A stretch of 64,000 nt of DNA from Escherichia coli. Its GTDB lineage: Bacteria; Pseudomonadota; Gammaproteobacteria; Enterobacterales; Enterobacteriaceae. Shown in pieces: positions 1 to 12,009 of the stretch (positions are counted from its first letter, which is position 1; every line of letters starts with the position of its first letter). Location of the stretch: NCBI RefSeq assembly GCF_048403405.1, contig NZ_CP183129.1, one strand, 5' to 3'. The notes beneath the pieces were generated by a model. The model searched no databases. It was not told the origin of the DNA and was given only the letters and a program-made list of their open reading frames with translations. The position numbers and the translations under genes are program-made.

Positions 1-960
1 GTAATTAAGATTCAGCCCGAGGTTATTTTGATTTTCGCCACTTTCACCCTGTTTATGCTGGGCCGTCACAGTGACTAATGGCACTGGGGTGTAATTTAAT
101 CCCAGACTCAACGCGACGGGATTGTGATAACCCGTACCAGAGTTAAACAAATCAACACGATCACCAAAATACTGTTCTACGCTGACACTGGTATTGAGGT
201 GTTGATAGAACGGCATGCGCATCCGGGCTGTCAGGTCGTACCCGCGCGCCATCCGTTGTTCCTGCGTGGCTGTCTGTTCGTGCCATGCAGCAAACGGCTG
301 GTAAAAGTTTGCCGATAGTCGCAAATATTCGCCCCACGCTTCGGCACCAAAGCCCGCTCGCTGAAGATTTTCGTCCAGCAAGTAGTCATAAAAAGTGTTA
401 TAACCCACCAGCCAGCTGCCGCGCGCCCAGCGTTGCCCAACGCCCACATTGCTCACCAACCCATCATCCTGCTGAGTAAGCCCCAGCTGGCTCCAGGTGA
501 GATAACGATCATTATCTTGTAACGGCACAAACCAGCTTCCACGACTGCCGGTGAAATGTCCTTCGTTATCCAGTTTGACGTCAACACTGGCATTTCCCCA
601 CGGTGATAGCCAGGACTCTACGTGCTGATTAACCTGTTGACTAAGCGCATCGCGGACTTTTCCCAATGCGAAAGCTTTTGCCTGCTCGCCAGTATCCAGC
701 CCGTTATCATTCATACTGGTTTCGCCGAAATCTTTCACAATTTCAGCAAAGTGTTTTTCCCCATCATGATTTTCAGGTGCCATGCCTAAATCCGGCAGAC
801 CATCATTGTTATTATCAAAGGGATTTGCCGCTTTTTGCTCGAAGGTAGATTGTGCGTTAGCTGTACCGCCTGCCGCCAGCAAGAGTAAATAAAACGGAAT
901 AATGCGAGGAACGAAACGGCTCAAAACGTCGGTAACTTCCGGTAAAAAATGAAAAACCAT
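1..960 (-). CDS. ychO: Invasin/intimin-family outer-membrane protein YchO, 5' part only (gene runs off the left edge)
   Basis: My minus-strand translation from ATG 960 is open in frame to base 1 (...QSTFEQKAANPFDNNNDGLPDLGMAPENHDGEKHF...NLGLNLNY). An in-frame TTG at 924 gives the signal peptide MSRFVPRIIPFYLLLLAAGGTANA. The gene is absent from the ORF track because it is edge-truncated. Recognised as E. coli YchO, next to ychN as in K-12. Confidence 0.8.
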   Translation of the reverse strand, partial: MVFHFLPEVTDVLSRFVPRIIPFYLLLLAAGGTANAQSTFEQKAANPFDNNNDGLPDLGMAPENHDGEKHFAEIVKDFGETSMNDNGLDTGEQAKAFALGKVRDALSQQVNQHVESWLSPWGNASVDVKLDNEGHFTGSRGSWFVPLQDNDRYLTWSQLGLTQQDDGLVSNVGVGQRWARGSWLVGYNTFYDYLLDENLQRAGFGAEAWGEYLRLSANFYQPFAAWHEQTATQEQRMARGYDLTARMRMPFYQHLNTSVSVEQYFGDRVDLFNSGTGYHNPVALSLGLNYTPVPLVTVTAQHKQGESGENQNNLGLNLNY

Positions 961-988
961 AGCCCTAAAGAATAACGATTACTGGCAA

Positions 989-1092
<104 letters not shown>

Positions 1093-1109
1093 GAATACAG
1101 GAGTAAATA

Positions 1110-1463
1110 ATGCAAAAAATCGTGATCGTTGCCAATGGCGCACCTTACGGGAGCGAATCCTTGTTTAACAGCTTGCGGCTGGCCATTGCGTTACGAGAGC
1201 AGGAGAACAATCTGGATCTGCGTCTGTTCCTGATGTCTGATGCGGTCACAGCCGGGTTGCGCGGGCAAAAACCAGGGGAAGGCTACAACATTCAGCAAAT
1301 GCTGGAGATCCTTACCGCTCAGAATGTACCGGTGAAATTGTGCAAAACCTGTACCGACGGGCGCGGGATTAGCACACTTCCTCTGATTGATGGGGTGGAA
1401 ATCGGTACTCTTGTGGAACTGGCGCAATGGACGCTGTCAGCCGATAAAGTGCTCACATTTTAA
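1110..1463 (+). CDS. ychN: DsrE/TusD-like protein YchN
   Basis: 117-aa ORF (MQKIVIVANGAPYGSESLFNSLRLA...) recognised as YchN; K-12 synteny. Confidence 0.9.
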   Translation: MQKIVIVANGAPYGSESLFNSLRLAIALREQENNLDLRLFLMSDAVTAGLRGQKPGEGYNIQQMLEILTAQNVPVKLCKTCTDGRGISTLPLIDGVEIGTLVELAQWTLSADKVLTF

Positions 1464-1506
1464 TGTTTGAGGGGGCGTCTGACGCCCCACTATGAGGGAA
1501 GTTTAC

Positions 1507-2202
1507 TCAGGCGAATCCCGGCCGTAACACACCATCCGGATAATTCTCCGCCAGCAGTTTTTTTACCGATACCAGCAAATCATTCAGCCCATCGTCCTGC
1601 ATTCCCAGTTTGATAAGCTCCTGTTCCAGTGAAAACAGGTATTGTGCGTTGGTTCCCAGTGGACCGCTCGCCGCTGCAATCAACGGCGCGATGACCTGAG
1701 CGCGAGTGTCAGATTCATATTCTGGATGTCGCGGGTCCATAATAAACACAATGGCGTTTACTGTGCGTCCATCATCAAGATCAAGCTGACACCAGGTTGG
1801 CAGATAACAGCCGGTAATCATCTCGCGCTTCCACAACAGGGTTAGTTCCTGCTCCAGCGTCTCTTCTGGCAGTCGATAGGCGACGCCTGTGGTGCGTCCG
1901 CCCTCTTTCAGTGCAAGCATCCGTCCCGGCTGGTGCGCAGTCCCACGCCCGGCGGTCAGGCGCAGGCAAAACGCGCGATGCCATCCAACCAGTGTACCGG
2001 TGCACGACTCGGTAAACTCCAGTGCCGGATTCCACATCAACGATCCATAACCGAAGATCCACACCGGTCCCTCATCAGGTCGACAAGCCAGCGTCGCCGC
2101 CAGCGAAGCCGCCCGTTGCTCTGCTGACCATAAGAGTGATTCTTCAATGGCACCAAATGCCGTTTTACAATCGGCATTCATCAAGAAATCACGCGTTATC
2201 AC
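1507..2202 (-). CDS. chaC: Glutathione-specific gamma-glutamylcyclotransferase ChaC
   Basis: The ORF track lists 1507..2238. I trimmed it to the GTG at 2202 (VITRDFLMNADCKTAFG...), which gives the 231-aa K-12 form. Confidence 0.88.
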   Translation of the reverse strand: MITRDFLMNADCKTAFGAIEESLLWSAEQRAASLAATLACRPDEGPVWIFGYGSLMWNPALEFTESCTGTLVGWHRAFCLRLTAGRGTAHQPGRMLALKEGGRTTGVAYRLPEETLEQELTLLWKREMITGCYLPTWCQLDLDDGRTVNAIVFIMDPRHPEYESDTRAQVIAPLIAAASGPLGTNAQYLFSLEQELIKLGMQDDGLNDLLVSVKKLLAENYPDGVLRPGFA

Positions 2203-2359
2203 CTTACACCTCCGCCACTGCATACTTCCCTGCGACAACTTTTTGGTGTCTTCCGGACATTTTTACTGCTCATTTTGAAACCACTAACGGGACAATATGC
2301 AATCCACGGACCACTTGCAAGGCAACACCGCACGAATAGCTTTAACTAAGCTACCGGTT

Positions 2360-2590
2360 TTACGATTTTTTATGCCATTTATCATCATCCCCTTTGGCAT
2401 ATTCATGCTTCACAGCAGCCCAGGCCACTTTATGCGAGGTTTCTTCGCGACTGGCGTCATCACGCCGATCTTCTTTATCTTTATATTGCTCCCATGCGCT
2501 GTTAAACGCTTCTTTATAGATATCCTGAGCATGAGACGGTAGCACGTGCTTTACGCTTTCCGGCAGATCGCTTTTCGTTTTATACGGCAT
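2360..2590 (-). CDS. chaB: Cation transport regulator ChaB
   Basis: 76-aa ORF MPYKTKSDLPESVKHVLPSHAQDIYKEAFNSAWEQY... recognised as ChaB. Confidence 0.9.
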   Translation of the reverse strand: MPYKTKSDLPESVKHVLPSHAQDIYKEAFNSAWEQYKDKEDRRDDASREETSHKVAWAAVKHEYAKGDDDKWHKKS

Positions 2591-2859
2591 CGTTGACTCC
2601 TTTTACAAAGTTGAACATTAAGTGTGGTCAACAATATCCACTCTTGCCAAAACATAAGAATTTTCATGTCAGACTCTTCTTAAGAAACGCTAAAACAAAC
2701 ATTGTCTAAACGCATTGCTTATTTTTATGGCCCGATGAGTAAAAAATCGACAGCGGGGTAAAAATTCGTAAAATGTTACCGATATCCAGACACTTTCTGT
2801 TATTTTTCCTACCTATTTTTTACATTTTCGATAAATTCATCTGCAAAGGGATAACCATA

Positions 2860-3960
2860 ATGTCAAATGCTCAAGAGGCGGTAAAAACCCGCCACAAGGA
2901 GACTTCGCTTATTTTCCCGGTTCTGGCGCTGGTAGTGCTGTTCCTGTGGGGAAGCAGCCAGACACTACCAGTGGTCATTGGCATCAATCTTCTTGCTCTT
3001 ATTGGTATTTTAAGTAGCGCCTTTAGTGTTGTCCGTCATGCGGACGTATTAGCCCATCGCCTGGGAGAACCTTACGGTTCGCTTATTCTTAGCCTTTCAG
3101 TGGTTATTCTTGAAGTCAGTTTGATTTCAGCTTTAATGGCAACCGGCGACGCCGCGCCAACGCTAATGCGTGATACGCTCTATTCAATCATTATGATTGT
3201 TACCGGTGGGCTGGTTGGCTTTTCATTATTGTTGGGCGGACGCAAGTTTGCCACCCAATATATGAATCTGTTTGGTATCAAGCAGTATTTAATTGCGTTG
3301 TTCCCCCTGGCGATAATCGTACTGGTATTTCCAATGGCTCTGCCTGCGGCGAATTTTTCAACCGGTCAGGCGTTACTGGTAGCATTAATTTCTGCGGCAA
3401 TGTATGGCGTATTTTTGCTGATCCAGACCAAAACGCATCAAAGTTTATTTGTCTACGAGCACGAAGATGACAGTGATGATGACGACCCGCACCACGGTAA
3501 ACCGTCTGCCCATAGCAGCCTTTGGCATGCTATCTGGTTGATTGTCCATCTGATTGCCGTTATTGCAGTCACCAAAATGAACGCCAGCCCGCTGGAGACA
3601 TTGCTCGACAGCATGAATGCCCCTGTCGCCTTTACTGGCTTCCTGGTGGCTCTGTTGATTCTGTCGCCGGAAGGTTTAGGTGCGTTAAAAGCAGTGTTGA
3701 ACAACCAGGTCCAGCGCGCGATGAATCTGTTCTTTGGTTCAGTGTTAGCAACCATTTCGCTTACCGTACCTGTCGTCACGCTAATTGCCTTTATGACGGG
3801 TAACGAATTGCAGTTTGCACTTGGTGCGCCAGAAATGGTAGTGATGGTGGCCTCTTTAGTGCTGTGCCATATCTCCTTCTCCACCGGACGTACTAACGTG
3901 CTCAATGGCGCAGCGCATCTGGCACTGTTTGCCGCCTATTTGATGACGATATTTGCCTGA
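2860..3960 (+). CDS. chaA: Ca2+/Na+:H+ antiporter ChaA
   Basis: The ORF track lists 2773..3960. I trimmed it to the ATG at 2860 (MSNAQEAVKTRHKETSLIF...), giving 366 aa. Multi-pass membrane protein; K-12 synteny. Confidence 0.9.
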   Translation: MSNAQEAVKTRHKETSLIFPVLALVVLFLWGSSQTLPVVIGINLLALIGILSSAFSVVRHADVLAHRLGEPYGSLILSLSVVILEVSLISALMATGDAAPTLMRDTLYSIIMIVTGGLVGFSLLLGGRKFATQYMNLFGIKQYLIALFPLAIIVLVFPMALPAANFSTGQALLVALISAAMYGVFLLIQTKTHQSLFVYEHEDDSDDDDPHHGKPSAHSSLWHAIWLIVHLIAVIAVTKMNASPLETLLDSMNAPVAFTGFLVALLILSPEGLGALKAVLNNQVQRAMNLFFGSVLATISLTVPVVTLIAFMTGNELQFALGAPEMVVMVASLVLCHISFSTGRTNVLNGAAHLALFAAYLMTIFA

Positions 3961-4249
3961 CAGTTATATCTCCTCCGATGACAGAAATCGGGGGAGATAA
4001 TATAAATTCCTGCTTATTGTATTTCTTCATACTACCTGAACAGGTTGTTAATCAGAATTGCGAGCCTGTACCAGAACCTGCACGAAACCACTGCAACAGC
4101 TGTTGAAAAGCCGGAATGTACTCTTTATTGCAAACATTTCAGGGATGAAGTGAAGATGAATTGAGACGTAGTATCCACACCAAGCCGGCGTTATCCGGTG
4201 AGGCGCAATGTTGCGGGGGCTTTATCCCTGGTGGCATTGGTTGCTGGAA

Positions 4250-4314
4250 AGAGAAAACCCCCGCACGTTGAGAGGTAAAACCTGACAACAGAACGGGGGC
4301 TAATCTTGAACCAT
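4250..4314 (-). ncRNA. rdl: Rdl antisense RNA (antitoxin of Ldr), copy 1; ends approximate
   Basis: The reverse complement reads ggttcaagattagcccccgttctgttgtcaggttttacctctcaacgtgcgggggttttctct. This matches the Rdl pattern I remember (UCAAGAUUAGCCCCCG...GUUGUCAGG...CAACGUG.GGGGGUUUUCUCU). It lies antisense in the ldr 5' leader. Confidence 0.6.
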
Positions 4315-4365
4315 CAACAATTCAAGAATAGCCGCAAAATGTTGTCATTACAACAAGGCGGCTAT

Positions 4366-4473
4366 ATGACGCTCGCGCAGTTTGCCATGATTTTCTGGCA
4401 CGACCTGGCAGCACCGATCCTGGCGGGAATTATTACCGCAGCGATTGTCAGCTGGTGGCGTAACCGGAAGTAA
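4366..4473 (+). CDS. ldr: Ldr type I toxin, 35 aa (MTLAQFAMIFWHDLAAPILAGIITAAIVSWWRNRK)
   Basis: Manually translated; too short for the ORF track. Identical in pattern to K-12 LdrA-C peptides. Confidence 0.85.
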   Translation: MTLAQFAMIFWHDLAAPILAGIITAAIVSWWRNRK

Positions 4474-4522
4474 GGTGAAAACGGGCGTCAGGCTGCCGTG
4501 ATGGCAATATGCGCCCGAAACC

Positions 4523-4554
4523 GGCCGCAGGTGTAACAGCCTGCGGCCTTTTTT
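4523..4554 (+). terminator. Intrinsic terminator of ldr copy 1
   Basis: GGCCGCAGG-tgtaacag-CCTGCGGCC followed by TTTTTT. Confidence 0.8.
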
Positions 4555-4785
4555 GTCTTTATCTCTTCCACAAGTAAATATTGGCAACCCGAGCTGGAAG
4601 CATCATCCAGAGCACTCATGAAACGACTGTAACAGCTGTTGAAAAACCGGAATGCACTCTTCATTGCATACATTTCAGGGATGAAGTGAAGATGAATTGA
4701 GTCGTAGTATCCACACCAAGCCGGCGTTATCCGGTGAGGCGCAATGTTGCGGGGGCTCTATCCCTGGTGGCATTGGTTGCTGGAA

Positions 4786-4849
4786 AGAGAAAACCCCCGC
4801 ACGTTGAGAGGTATAACCTGACAACAGAACGGGGGCTAATCTTGAACCA
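4786..4849 (-). ncRNA. rdl: Rdl antisense RNA, copy 2; ends approximate
   Basis: Same sequence block as copy 1, one repeat unit later. Confidence 0.6.
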
Positions 4850-4900
4850 GAACAATTCAAGAATAGCCGCAAAATGTTGTCATTACAACAAGGCGGCTAT

Positions 4901-5008
4901 ATGACGCTCACGCAGTTTGCCATGACTTTCTGGCACGACCTGGCAGCACCGATCCTGGCGGGAATTATTACCGCAGCGATTGTCAGCTGGTGGCGTAACC
5001 GGAAGTAA
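4901..5008 (+). CDS. ldr: Ldr type I toxin, 35 aa (MTLTQFAMTFWHDLAAPILAGIITAAIVSWWRNRK)
   Basis: Manually translated; differs from copy 1 at 2 residues. Confidence 0.85.
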   Translation: MTLTQFAMTFWHDLAAPILAGIITAAIVSWWRNRK

Positions 5009-5057
5009 GGTGAAAACGGGCGTCAGGCTGCCGTGATGGCAATATGCGCCCGAAACC

Positions 5058-5089
5058 GGCCGCAGGAGTAACAGCCTGCGGCCTTTTTT
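5058..5089 (+). terminator. Intrinsic terminator of ldr copy 2
   Basis: GGCCGCAGG-agtaacag-CCTGCGGCC followed by TTTTTT. Confidence 0.8.
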
Positions 5090-5099
5090 GTATCCGGCC

Positions 5100-5815
5100 C
5101 CATGAATAAATATCCTCCGGCATAGCCGGAGGTTTTTCAAATGCGCCTATAAGGCTCTCTTACCAGCCGCGCCCTAACAGGCGCACACGATCTGACATTT
5201 GCATCCAACTTCGTTACTTACGGCCCGTAAACGGGCTGCCCGGATAGGGAATCGATAACTGCTCTCCCATTTTATCCTCTTCAAGCTGGTGCTTTATGTA
5301 ATCCTGTATCTTCGCCGTGTTCTTACCCACCGTATCGACGTAGTACCCTCTGCACCAGAACTCCCTGTTCCTGTATTTGAATTTCAAATCACCAAACTGC
5401 TCGTAAAGCATCAGACTGCTTTTCCCTTTCAGATATCCCATAAAGCCGGATACGCTCATTTTGGGCGGGATCTCCACAAGCATATGGATATGATCTGCAC
5501 AGCATTCAGCTTCCAGAATCCGTACACTTTTCCACTCACACAGCTTTCTCAAAATACTGCCTATTGCTCTACGCTTCTCTCTGTAGAACACCTGTCTTCG
5601 GTATTTTGGCGCAAAAACTATGTGATATTTACAGTTCCATCGGGTGTGCGCTAAGCTCTTTTCGTTCCCCATTGGGACCCCCTTTTGATTTCTTGTTTGA
5701 CACTTGCAGTTGCCAGACCGCAAGGTGTTTTAACAAATCAAAAGGGGTTTTAATAACTGGCTTAAAGCTGAAAGCTTTCCGGAACCCCCAGCCTAGCTGG
5801 GGGTTTTCTGTGCAC
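5100..5815 (-). mobile_element. IS200 (IS200/IS605 family); ends approximate
   Basis: Contains a 152-aa Y1 transposase. Subterminal hairpins sit near both ends (CCTCCGG-catag-CCGGAGG at 5114-5132; CCCCCAGC-cta-GCTGGGGG at 5785-5803). The size of about 0.7 kb is as expected for IS200. Similarity to the preceding LDR unit stops at about 5090. Confidence 0.75.
5214..5672 (-). CDS. tnpA: IS200 transposase TnpA (Y1 HUH)
   Basis: MGNEKSLAHTRWNCKYHIVFAPKYRRQVFY...HIHMLVEIPPK...YIKHQLEEDKMGEQLSIPYPGSPFTGRK is near-identical to the Salmonella IS200 TnpA as I remember it. The track ORF was trimmed to the ATG at 5672. Confidence 0.9.
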   Translation of the reverse strand: MGNEKSLAHTRWNCKYHIVFAPKYRRQVFYREKRRAIGSILRKLCEWKSVRILEAECCADHIHMLVEIPPKMSVSGFMGYLKGKSSLMLYEQFGDLKFKYRNREFWCRGYYVDTVGKNTAKIQDYIKHQLEEDKMGEQLSIPYPGSPFTGRK

Positions 5816-5845
5816 AAAAAAGCCTTAACGCAGAACGCTAAGGCT
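5814..5845 (-). terminator. kdsA intrinsic terminator
   Basis: The minus strand reads AGCCTTAGCG-ttctg-CGTTAAGGCT followed by TTTTTT, just after the kdsA stop. Confidence 0.7.
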
Positions 5846-5866
5846 TTAGTTTTCAAGCAAAAAAGT

Positions 5867-6730
<864 letters not shown>

Positions 6731-6756
6731 TTAATCTTGAGTAAAATGTCGATTAA

Positions 6757-7566
6757 TTAATGCAGCACAATATGTTTATGCGCGATGTTATTTATTTGCG
6801 CACGGATCATTTCGCTGATCGGGTCTTCCGGACACTGTTCAACGAAATAACTTAAATCGTTCAACGCAACGTGTTCGCAATCCAGTTGCGCATAAATCAA
6901 CCCGCGATCGCGAATTTCATAGGGATCTTCCGGGTTGAATTGTAATAAAGCTTCGCTGGTGCGTAACGCCAGCTCCATCTGATTTTCTTCCATCAACGAA
7001 GCTTTGAGTGTATCCAGCAATTTGCGGATTACCTCAATGTTATCAGCTTCATCAAGGTCTTCATAAAACAGTTCCGCCGACGGGCTGATATTTCCCTTTA
7101 ACCATACATCCAGCATATGTTCGCTTAACGATTCACCGTTAAAAGGATTAATCAGCCAAATTTCGCCATCCGGACATTCAATGCGCAATATCAGCTGCGT
7201 CGGGAAAATCACCGGCAATAGCGGCAAATCGAGACGATTCGCGACCCATAATAAAACGGCACCTAATGATACCGCACTGCCCTGTCGATTCTTTAACACC
7301 TGGTCCAGCCATAATGCATCGGAAAGGCGATAAACGCCGCGTGAGGCTTTAAATCCCCAGTCGCCGTAAAACAGCGCGATCAGTTTTTCCAACTGCTCTT
7401 CTAAAGGCAGAAGCTGGCTGATTTCTTCCTTCGCCAGACTAACGAGACGCTCCAGTTCGTCGTAAACATCTTGCGAGGGAAAATCGCGGCGGATTGCTTC
7501 GCAAGCCAGGATCATGCCTTCGCACAATGGCGCTTTATTAAATTCGAAATCAGCTAACGATCTCAT
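6757..7566 (-). CDS. sirB1: SirB1 (YchA), transglutaminase-like/TPR protein
   Basis: 269-aa ORF; synteny kdsA-sirB1-sirB2-prmC. Confidence 0.85.
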   Translation of the reverse strand: MRSLADFEFNKAPLCEGMILACEAIRRDFPSQDVYDELERLVSLAKEEISQLLPLEEQLEKLIALFYGDWGFKASRGVYRLSDALWLDQVLKNRQGSAVSLGAVLLWVANRLDLPLLPVIFPTQLILRIECPDGEIWLINPFNGESLSEHMLDVWLKGNISPSAELFYEDLDEADNIEVIRKLLDTLKASLMEENQMELALRTSEALLQFNPEDPYEIRDRGLIYAQLDCEHVALNDLSYFVEQCPEDPISEMIRAQINNIAHKHIVLH

Positions 7567-7569
7567 GAC

Positions 7570-7962
7570 TTACCCCAGTAACGGTACTTTTGTGGTGGCG
7601 AGTTTAATGATGATGTACAGCACCACCAACGCCAGCGGGAAGGCAATAATGCGCGCCTGCTGACTGTGCATACGACGATAATCGAATGCAATAAAACCCA
7701 AAACGATATAAATGATAACTCCAAACAGCTTTTCAGTCAGCCACTGTGCCTGCCCGGAAAATGGCAGGATGTGCGCTTTAGCCATCAACGCAATGCCGCT
7801 TAACAATAACACCGTATCGACAACCGGCGGCACAATGCGCGTCCAACGAGCAAATGCCTGTGGATGCTTCTGATAACGTAGCCAGAAACGTAAGGTTAAT
7901 AGCCCTACAGAAAGCGCAATGCTAATGAGATGAACGCTAAGCAGTGTAGAAAAACTTGTCAT
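7570..7962 (-). CDS. sirB2: SirB2 (YchQ) inner-membrane protein
   Basis: 130-aa hydrophobic ORF; 4-nt overlap with prmC; synteny. Confidence 0.85.
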   Translation of the reverse strand: MTSFSTLLSVHLISIALSVGLLTLRFWLRYQKHPQAFARWTRIVPPVVDTVLLLSGIALMAKAHILPFSGQAQWLTEKLFGVIIYIVLGFIAFDYRRMHSQQARIIAFPLALVVLYIIIKLATTKVPLLG

Positions 7963-8792
7963 TGATAATAGCGGCCGAGCGTTACGCGCTCGTTATCACC
8001 ATAGTCCCGACAGGTTTCGACGTCATGATATCCCGCGTGGATAAATGCCTGTCGCACCGCTTCGCCCTGCTGCCAACCATGTTCCAGAAGCAGAAAGCCG
8101 CCGGATACCAGCGCGTTACGCGACTGTTCGATGATATGCACAATGTCTGCCATTCCACTGTCTGCCGCAACCAGCGCAGTGAGCGGCTCAAAGCGAACAT
8201 CGCCTTGTTGAAGATGTGGGTCCTGCTCGTCAATATACGGCGGATTACTGACAATCATCGCAAACTGCTGCCCGGCTAGCGCGCTAAACCAGTCGCTTTG
8301 CAGAATATGGATGTTTTTGATCGCCAGATTCTGGGCATTACGTTGCGCCAGGGCGACAGCATCGGGCATACGATCTACAGCGGTAATTTCGCAGTCCGGG
8401 CGCTCGCTAGCCAGCGCCAGCGCAATCGCCCCGGTACCCGTCCCGAGATCGAGAATACGGCAAGGTTGTTCAGGCAACCGCGCCAGTGCCTGCTCCACCA
8501 GACACTCCGTATCCGGGCGCGGAATTAAGGTCGCTGGCGAAACAAATAACGGCAACGACCAGAATTCTCGCACCCCGGTTAAATGAGCAATGGGTTCACC
8601 ATCGCGACGACGTGTCAGTAGCGCATCAAGTTGCTGACATTGTTCGTCAGTCAGCTGCGTTTCACCAAAGGCGAGAATAAAAGTACGCCCTCTGCCGGTA
8701 ACATGCTCCAGCAGGATTTCAGCATCACGCCGCGGGCTTTCGCTCGCCTGAAGTTGGCTTATTGCTTCACGTAACCAGTGTTGATATTCCAT
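7959..8792 (-). CDS. prmC: Release-factor glutamine N5-methyltransferase
   Basis: 277 aa, with SAM motif ILDLGTGTGAIAL and NPPY motif (VSNPPYI). The start overlaps the prfA stop. Confidence 0.95.
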   Translation of the reverse strand: MEYQHWLREAISQLQASESPRRDAEILLEHVTGRGRTFILAFGETQLTDEQCQQLDALLTRRRDGEPIAHLTGVREFWSLPLFVSPATLIPRPDTECLVEQALARLPEQPCRILDLGTGTGAIALALASERPDCEITAVDRMPDAVALAQRNAQNLAIKNIHILQSDWFSALAGQQFAMIVSNPPYIDEQDPHLQQGDVRFEPLTALVAADSGMADIVHIIEQSRNALVSGGFLLLEHGWQQGEAVRQAFIHAGYHDVETCRDYGDNERVTLGRYYQ

Positions 8793-9874
8793 TATTCCTG
8801 CTCGGACAACGCCGCCAGTTGGTCGGCCTGATGTTCCTGGATAATCGGTTCAATCAGCATATCCAGCTTACCTTCCATCACTTCATCCAGGCGGTAGAGC
8901 GTCAGGTTGATGCGGTGATCGGTAACGCGCCCCTGCGGGAAGTTGTAAGTACGGTTACGGTCGCTGCGATCGCCACTCCCCAGCAGGTTACGACGGGTAG
9001 ACGCTTCGGCCTGTTGCCGTTTTGCCATTTCTGCAGCGTGGATGCGAGCACCGAGTACAGAAAGTGCTTTAGCTTTGTTTTTATGTTGTGAACGTTCGTC
9101 CTGACATTCAACAACAATCCCAGTCGGCAAGTGAGTAATACGAATTGCCGAATCGGTGGTGTTAACGTGCTGACCACCCGCCCCTGACGAGCGGAAAGTA
9201 TCAATGCGTAAATCTGCCGGGTTGATGTCCGGCAGTTCTGCGTCAGGCAGTTCTGGCATTACCGCAACGGTACAAGCAGAAGTATGAATACGCCCCTGCG
9301 ATTCCGTAGCAGGAACACGTTGCACGCGATGACCGCCAGATTCGAATTTCAAACGACCATATACACCATCACCGCTAATTTTGGCGATGATCTCTTTATA
9401 GCCACCATGTTCACCCTCGCTGGCGCTCATGATTTCTACACGCCAGCGGCGGGCTTCGGCGTAACGGCTGTACATACGGAACAGATCGCCAGCGAAGAGC
9501 GCCGCTTCGTCGCCGCCGGTTCCGGCACGGACTTCGAGGAAGGCGTTACGTTCGTCATCAGGATCTTTTGGTAGTAACAGAACCTGTAATTGCTGTTCCA
9601 GTTGCTCGCTTTTTTCTTTAGCTTCGCGCAGTTCATCCTGCGCCATCTCACGCATTTCAGGATCGTCGAGCATCATCTGTGCGGTTTCGATATCTTCCTG
9701 AACCTGTTGCCAGTCGGTAAAACAGCGCGAAACATCACTTAACTGCGCATATTCGCGTGATAATGCGCGAAAACGTTCCTGGTCGGCGATAGTTTGCGCG
9801 TCACCCAGCAACGCCTGAACTTCTTCATGGCGTTCATGCAGGGCTTCCAGTTTGGCAACGATAGAAGGCTTCAT
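8792..9874 (-). CDS. prfA: Peptide chain release factor 1
   Basis: 360 aa, with GGQ motif ([15 protein letters not shown]) and PAT tripeptide ([10 protein letters not shown]). Confidence 0.97.
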
Positions 9875-9915
9875 AGGCGTAAATGCACCCTGTAAAAAAA
9901 GAAAATGATGTACTG

Positions 9916-11172
9916 CTACTCCAGCCCGAGGCCGTCGCGCAGAATATTCAGGCGTTCGTTATCCCCGTCACGGGCGGCCTGTTGAAGTGATTTCGTTGGC
10001 GCATGGATCAGGCGGTTAGTCAGTTTCCATGCCAGATCCTGCATAATGGCTTGCGCGTCGCCGCCCTGCTCAAGGGCCGCTAACGCTTTGGCGGTTAACT
10101 CATCGCGAACTTGCTCTGCCTGGCTGCGATACTCGCGAATGGTTTCGCTGGCGCTTTGTGCACGCAGCCACGCCATAAATTCGCTGGTTTCCTGGGCGAC
10201 AATAGTTTCCGCCTCAACTGCTGCGGCTTTACGCTGCGCCAGGTTATGCGAAATGATGCTTTGCAGATCGTCAACGCTATAAAGATAAGCATTCGCCAGT
10301 TTACCTACTTCCGGCTCAACATCGCGCGGAACTGCAATATCCACCAACAGCATCGGTTGGTTACGACGACTTTTTAATGCGCGCTCCACCATGCCTTTCC
10401 CGATAATCGGTAACGGGCTGGCGGTGGAACTAATGATGATATCGGCTTCGCGCAGACGCTCGTCGATATCGCTCAGGGCAATAACTTCCGCGCCGACTTC
10501 ATCTGCCAGAATTTGGGCACGTTCGCGAGTGCGGTTGGCGATAATCATCTTCTGTACTTTGTGTTCGCGCAGATGACGCGCCACCAGCTCGATGGTTTCG
10601 CCCGCACCCACCAGCAGTACCGTCACCGTAGAGAGCGATTCAAAGATCTGCCGCGCCAGCGTACAAGCCGCAAAAGCGACAGACACAGCACTGGCACCGA
10701 TATCTGTTTCAGTGCGAACGCGTTTCGCTACAGAGAAAGATTTCTGGAACATGCGTTCCAGTTCGCTGGCCTTCATATGACCTTTTTGCGAATCAGCAAA
10801 GGCTTTTTTTACCTGACCGAGGATCTGCGGCTCCCCCAGAACCAGTGAATCCAGGCCGCTGGCAACACGCATCAGATGGCTAACCGCGTCGTTATCCTGA
10901 TGCCAGTAGAGGCTTTTACGCAGGTCTTCTTCATTAAGATTGTGATAATCGCAAAGCCAGCGGATTAACGCCTCTTGCAGGTTATCCTGCTCTTCAACGC
11001 TAAGATAAAGTTCCGTGCGATTGCACGTCGACAGCACCACGCCGCCCTGCACCATCGGCTGCGCAAGCAGGCTGTCAAGCGCCTGATCGAGCTTATCCGG
11101 CGAAAACGATACACGTTCTCGCAGCGATACAGGTGCCGTTTTATGGTTAATACCGAGCGCTAAAAGGGTCAT
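9916..11172 (-). CDS. hemA: Glutamyl-tRNA reductase
   Basis: The track ORF was trimmed to the ATG at 11172 ([21 protein letters not shown]...), giving 418 aa. Confidence 0.95.
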
Positions 11173-11316
11173 GTCTGCGGGAAATAATACCAACGTTGAT
11201 AGGGTTAGTCTGCTTGCATCATACAGGATGCGTAAGATCAATAAAAGAGAGCGCCCCCTTTTGGAGTAATTGCCGAAAGCCGTTAGATTCTGGCAATTAA
11301 GACAACTTGAACATAG

Positions 11317-12008
<692 letters not shown>

Positions 12009-12009
<1 letters not shown>

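Larger units (their letters stand above)
4084..5090 (+). repeat. Two tandem LDR (long direct repeat) units, period 536 bp, each carrying an ldr/rdl type I toxin-antitoxin pair
   Basis: A near-identical block starts at 4084 (gaaaccactgcaacagctgttgaaaa...) and again at 4620 (gaaacgactgtaacagctgttgaaaa...). It runs through the ldr ORF and its terminator hairpin in both copies. Confidence 0.9.
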
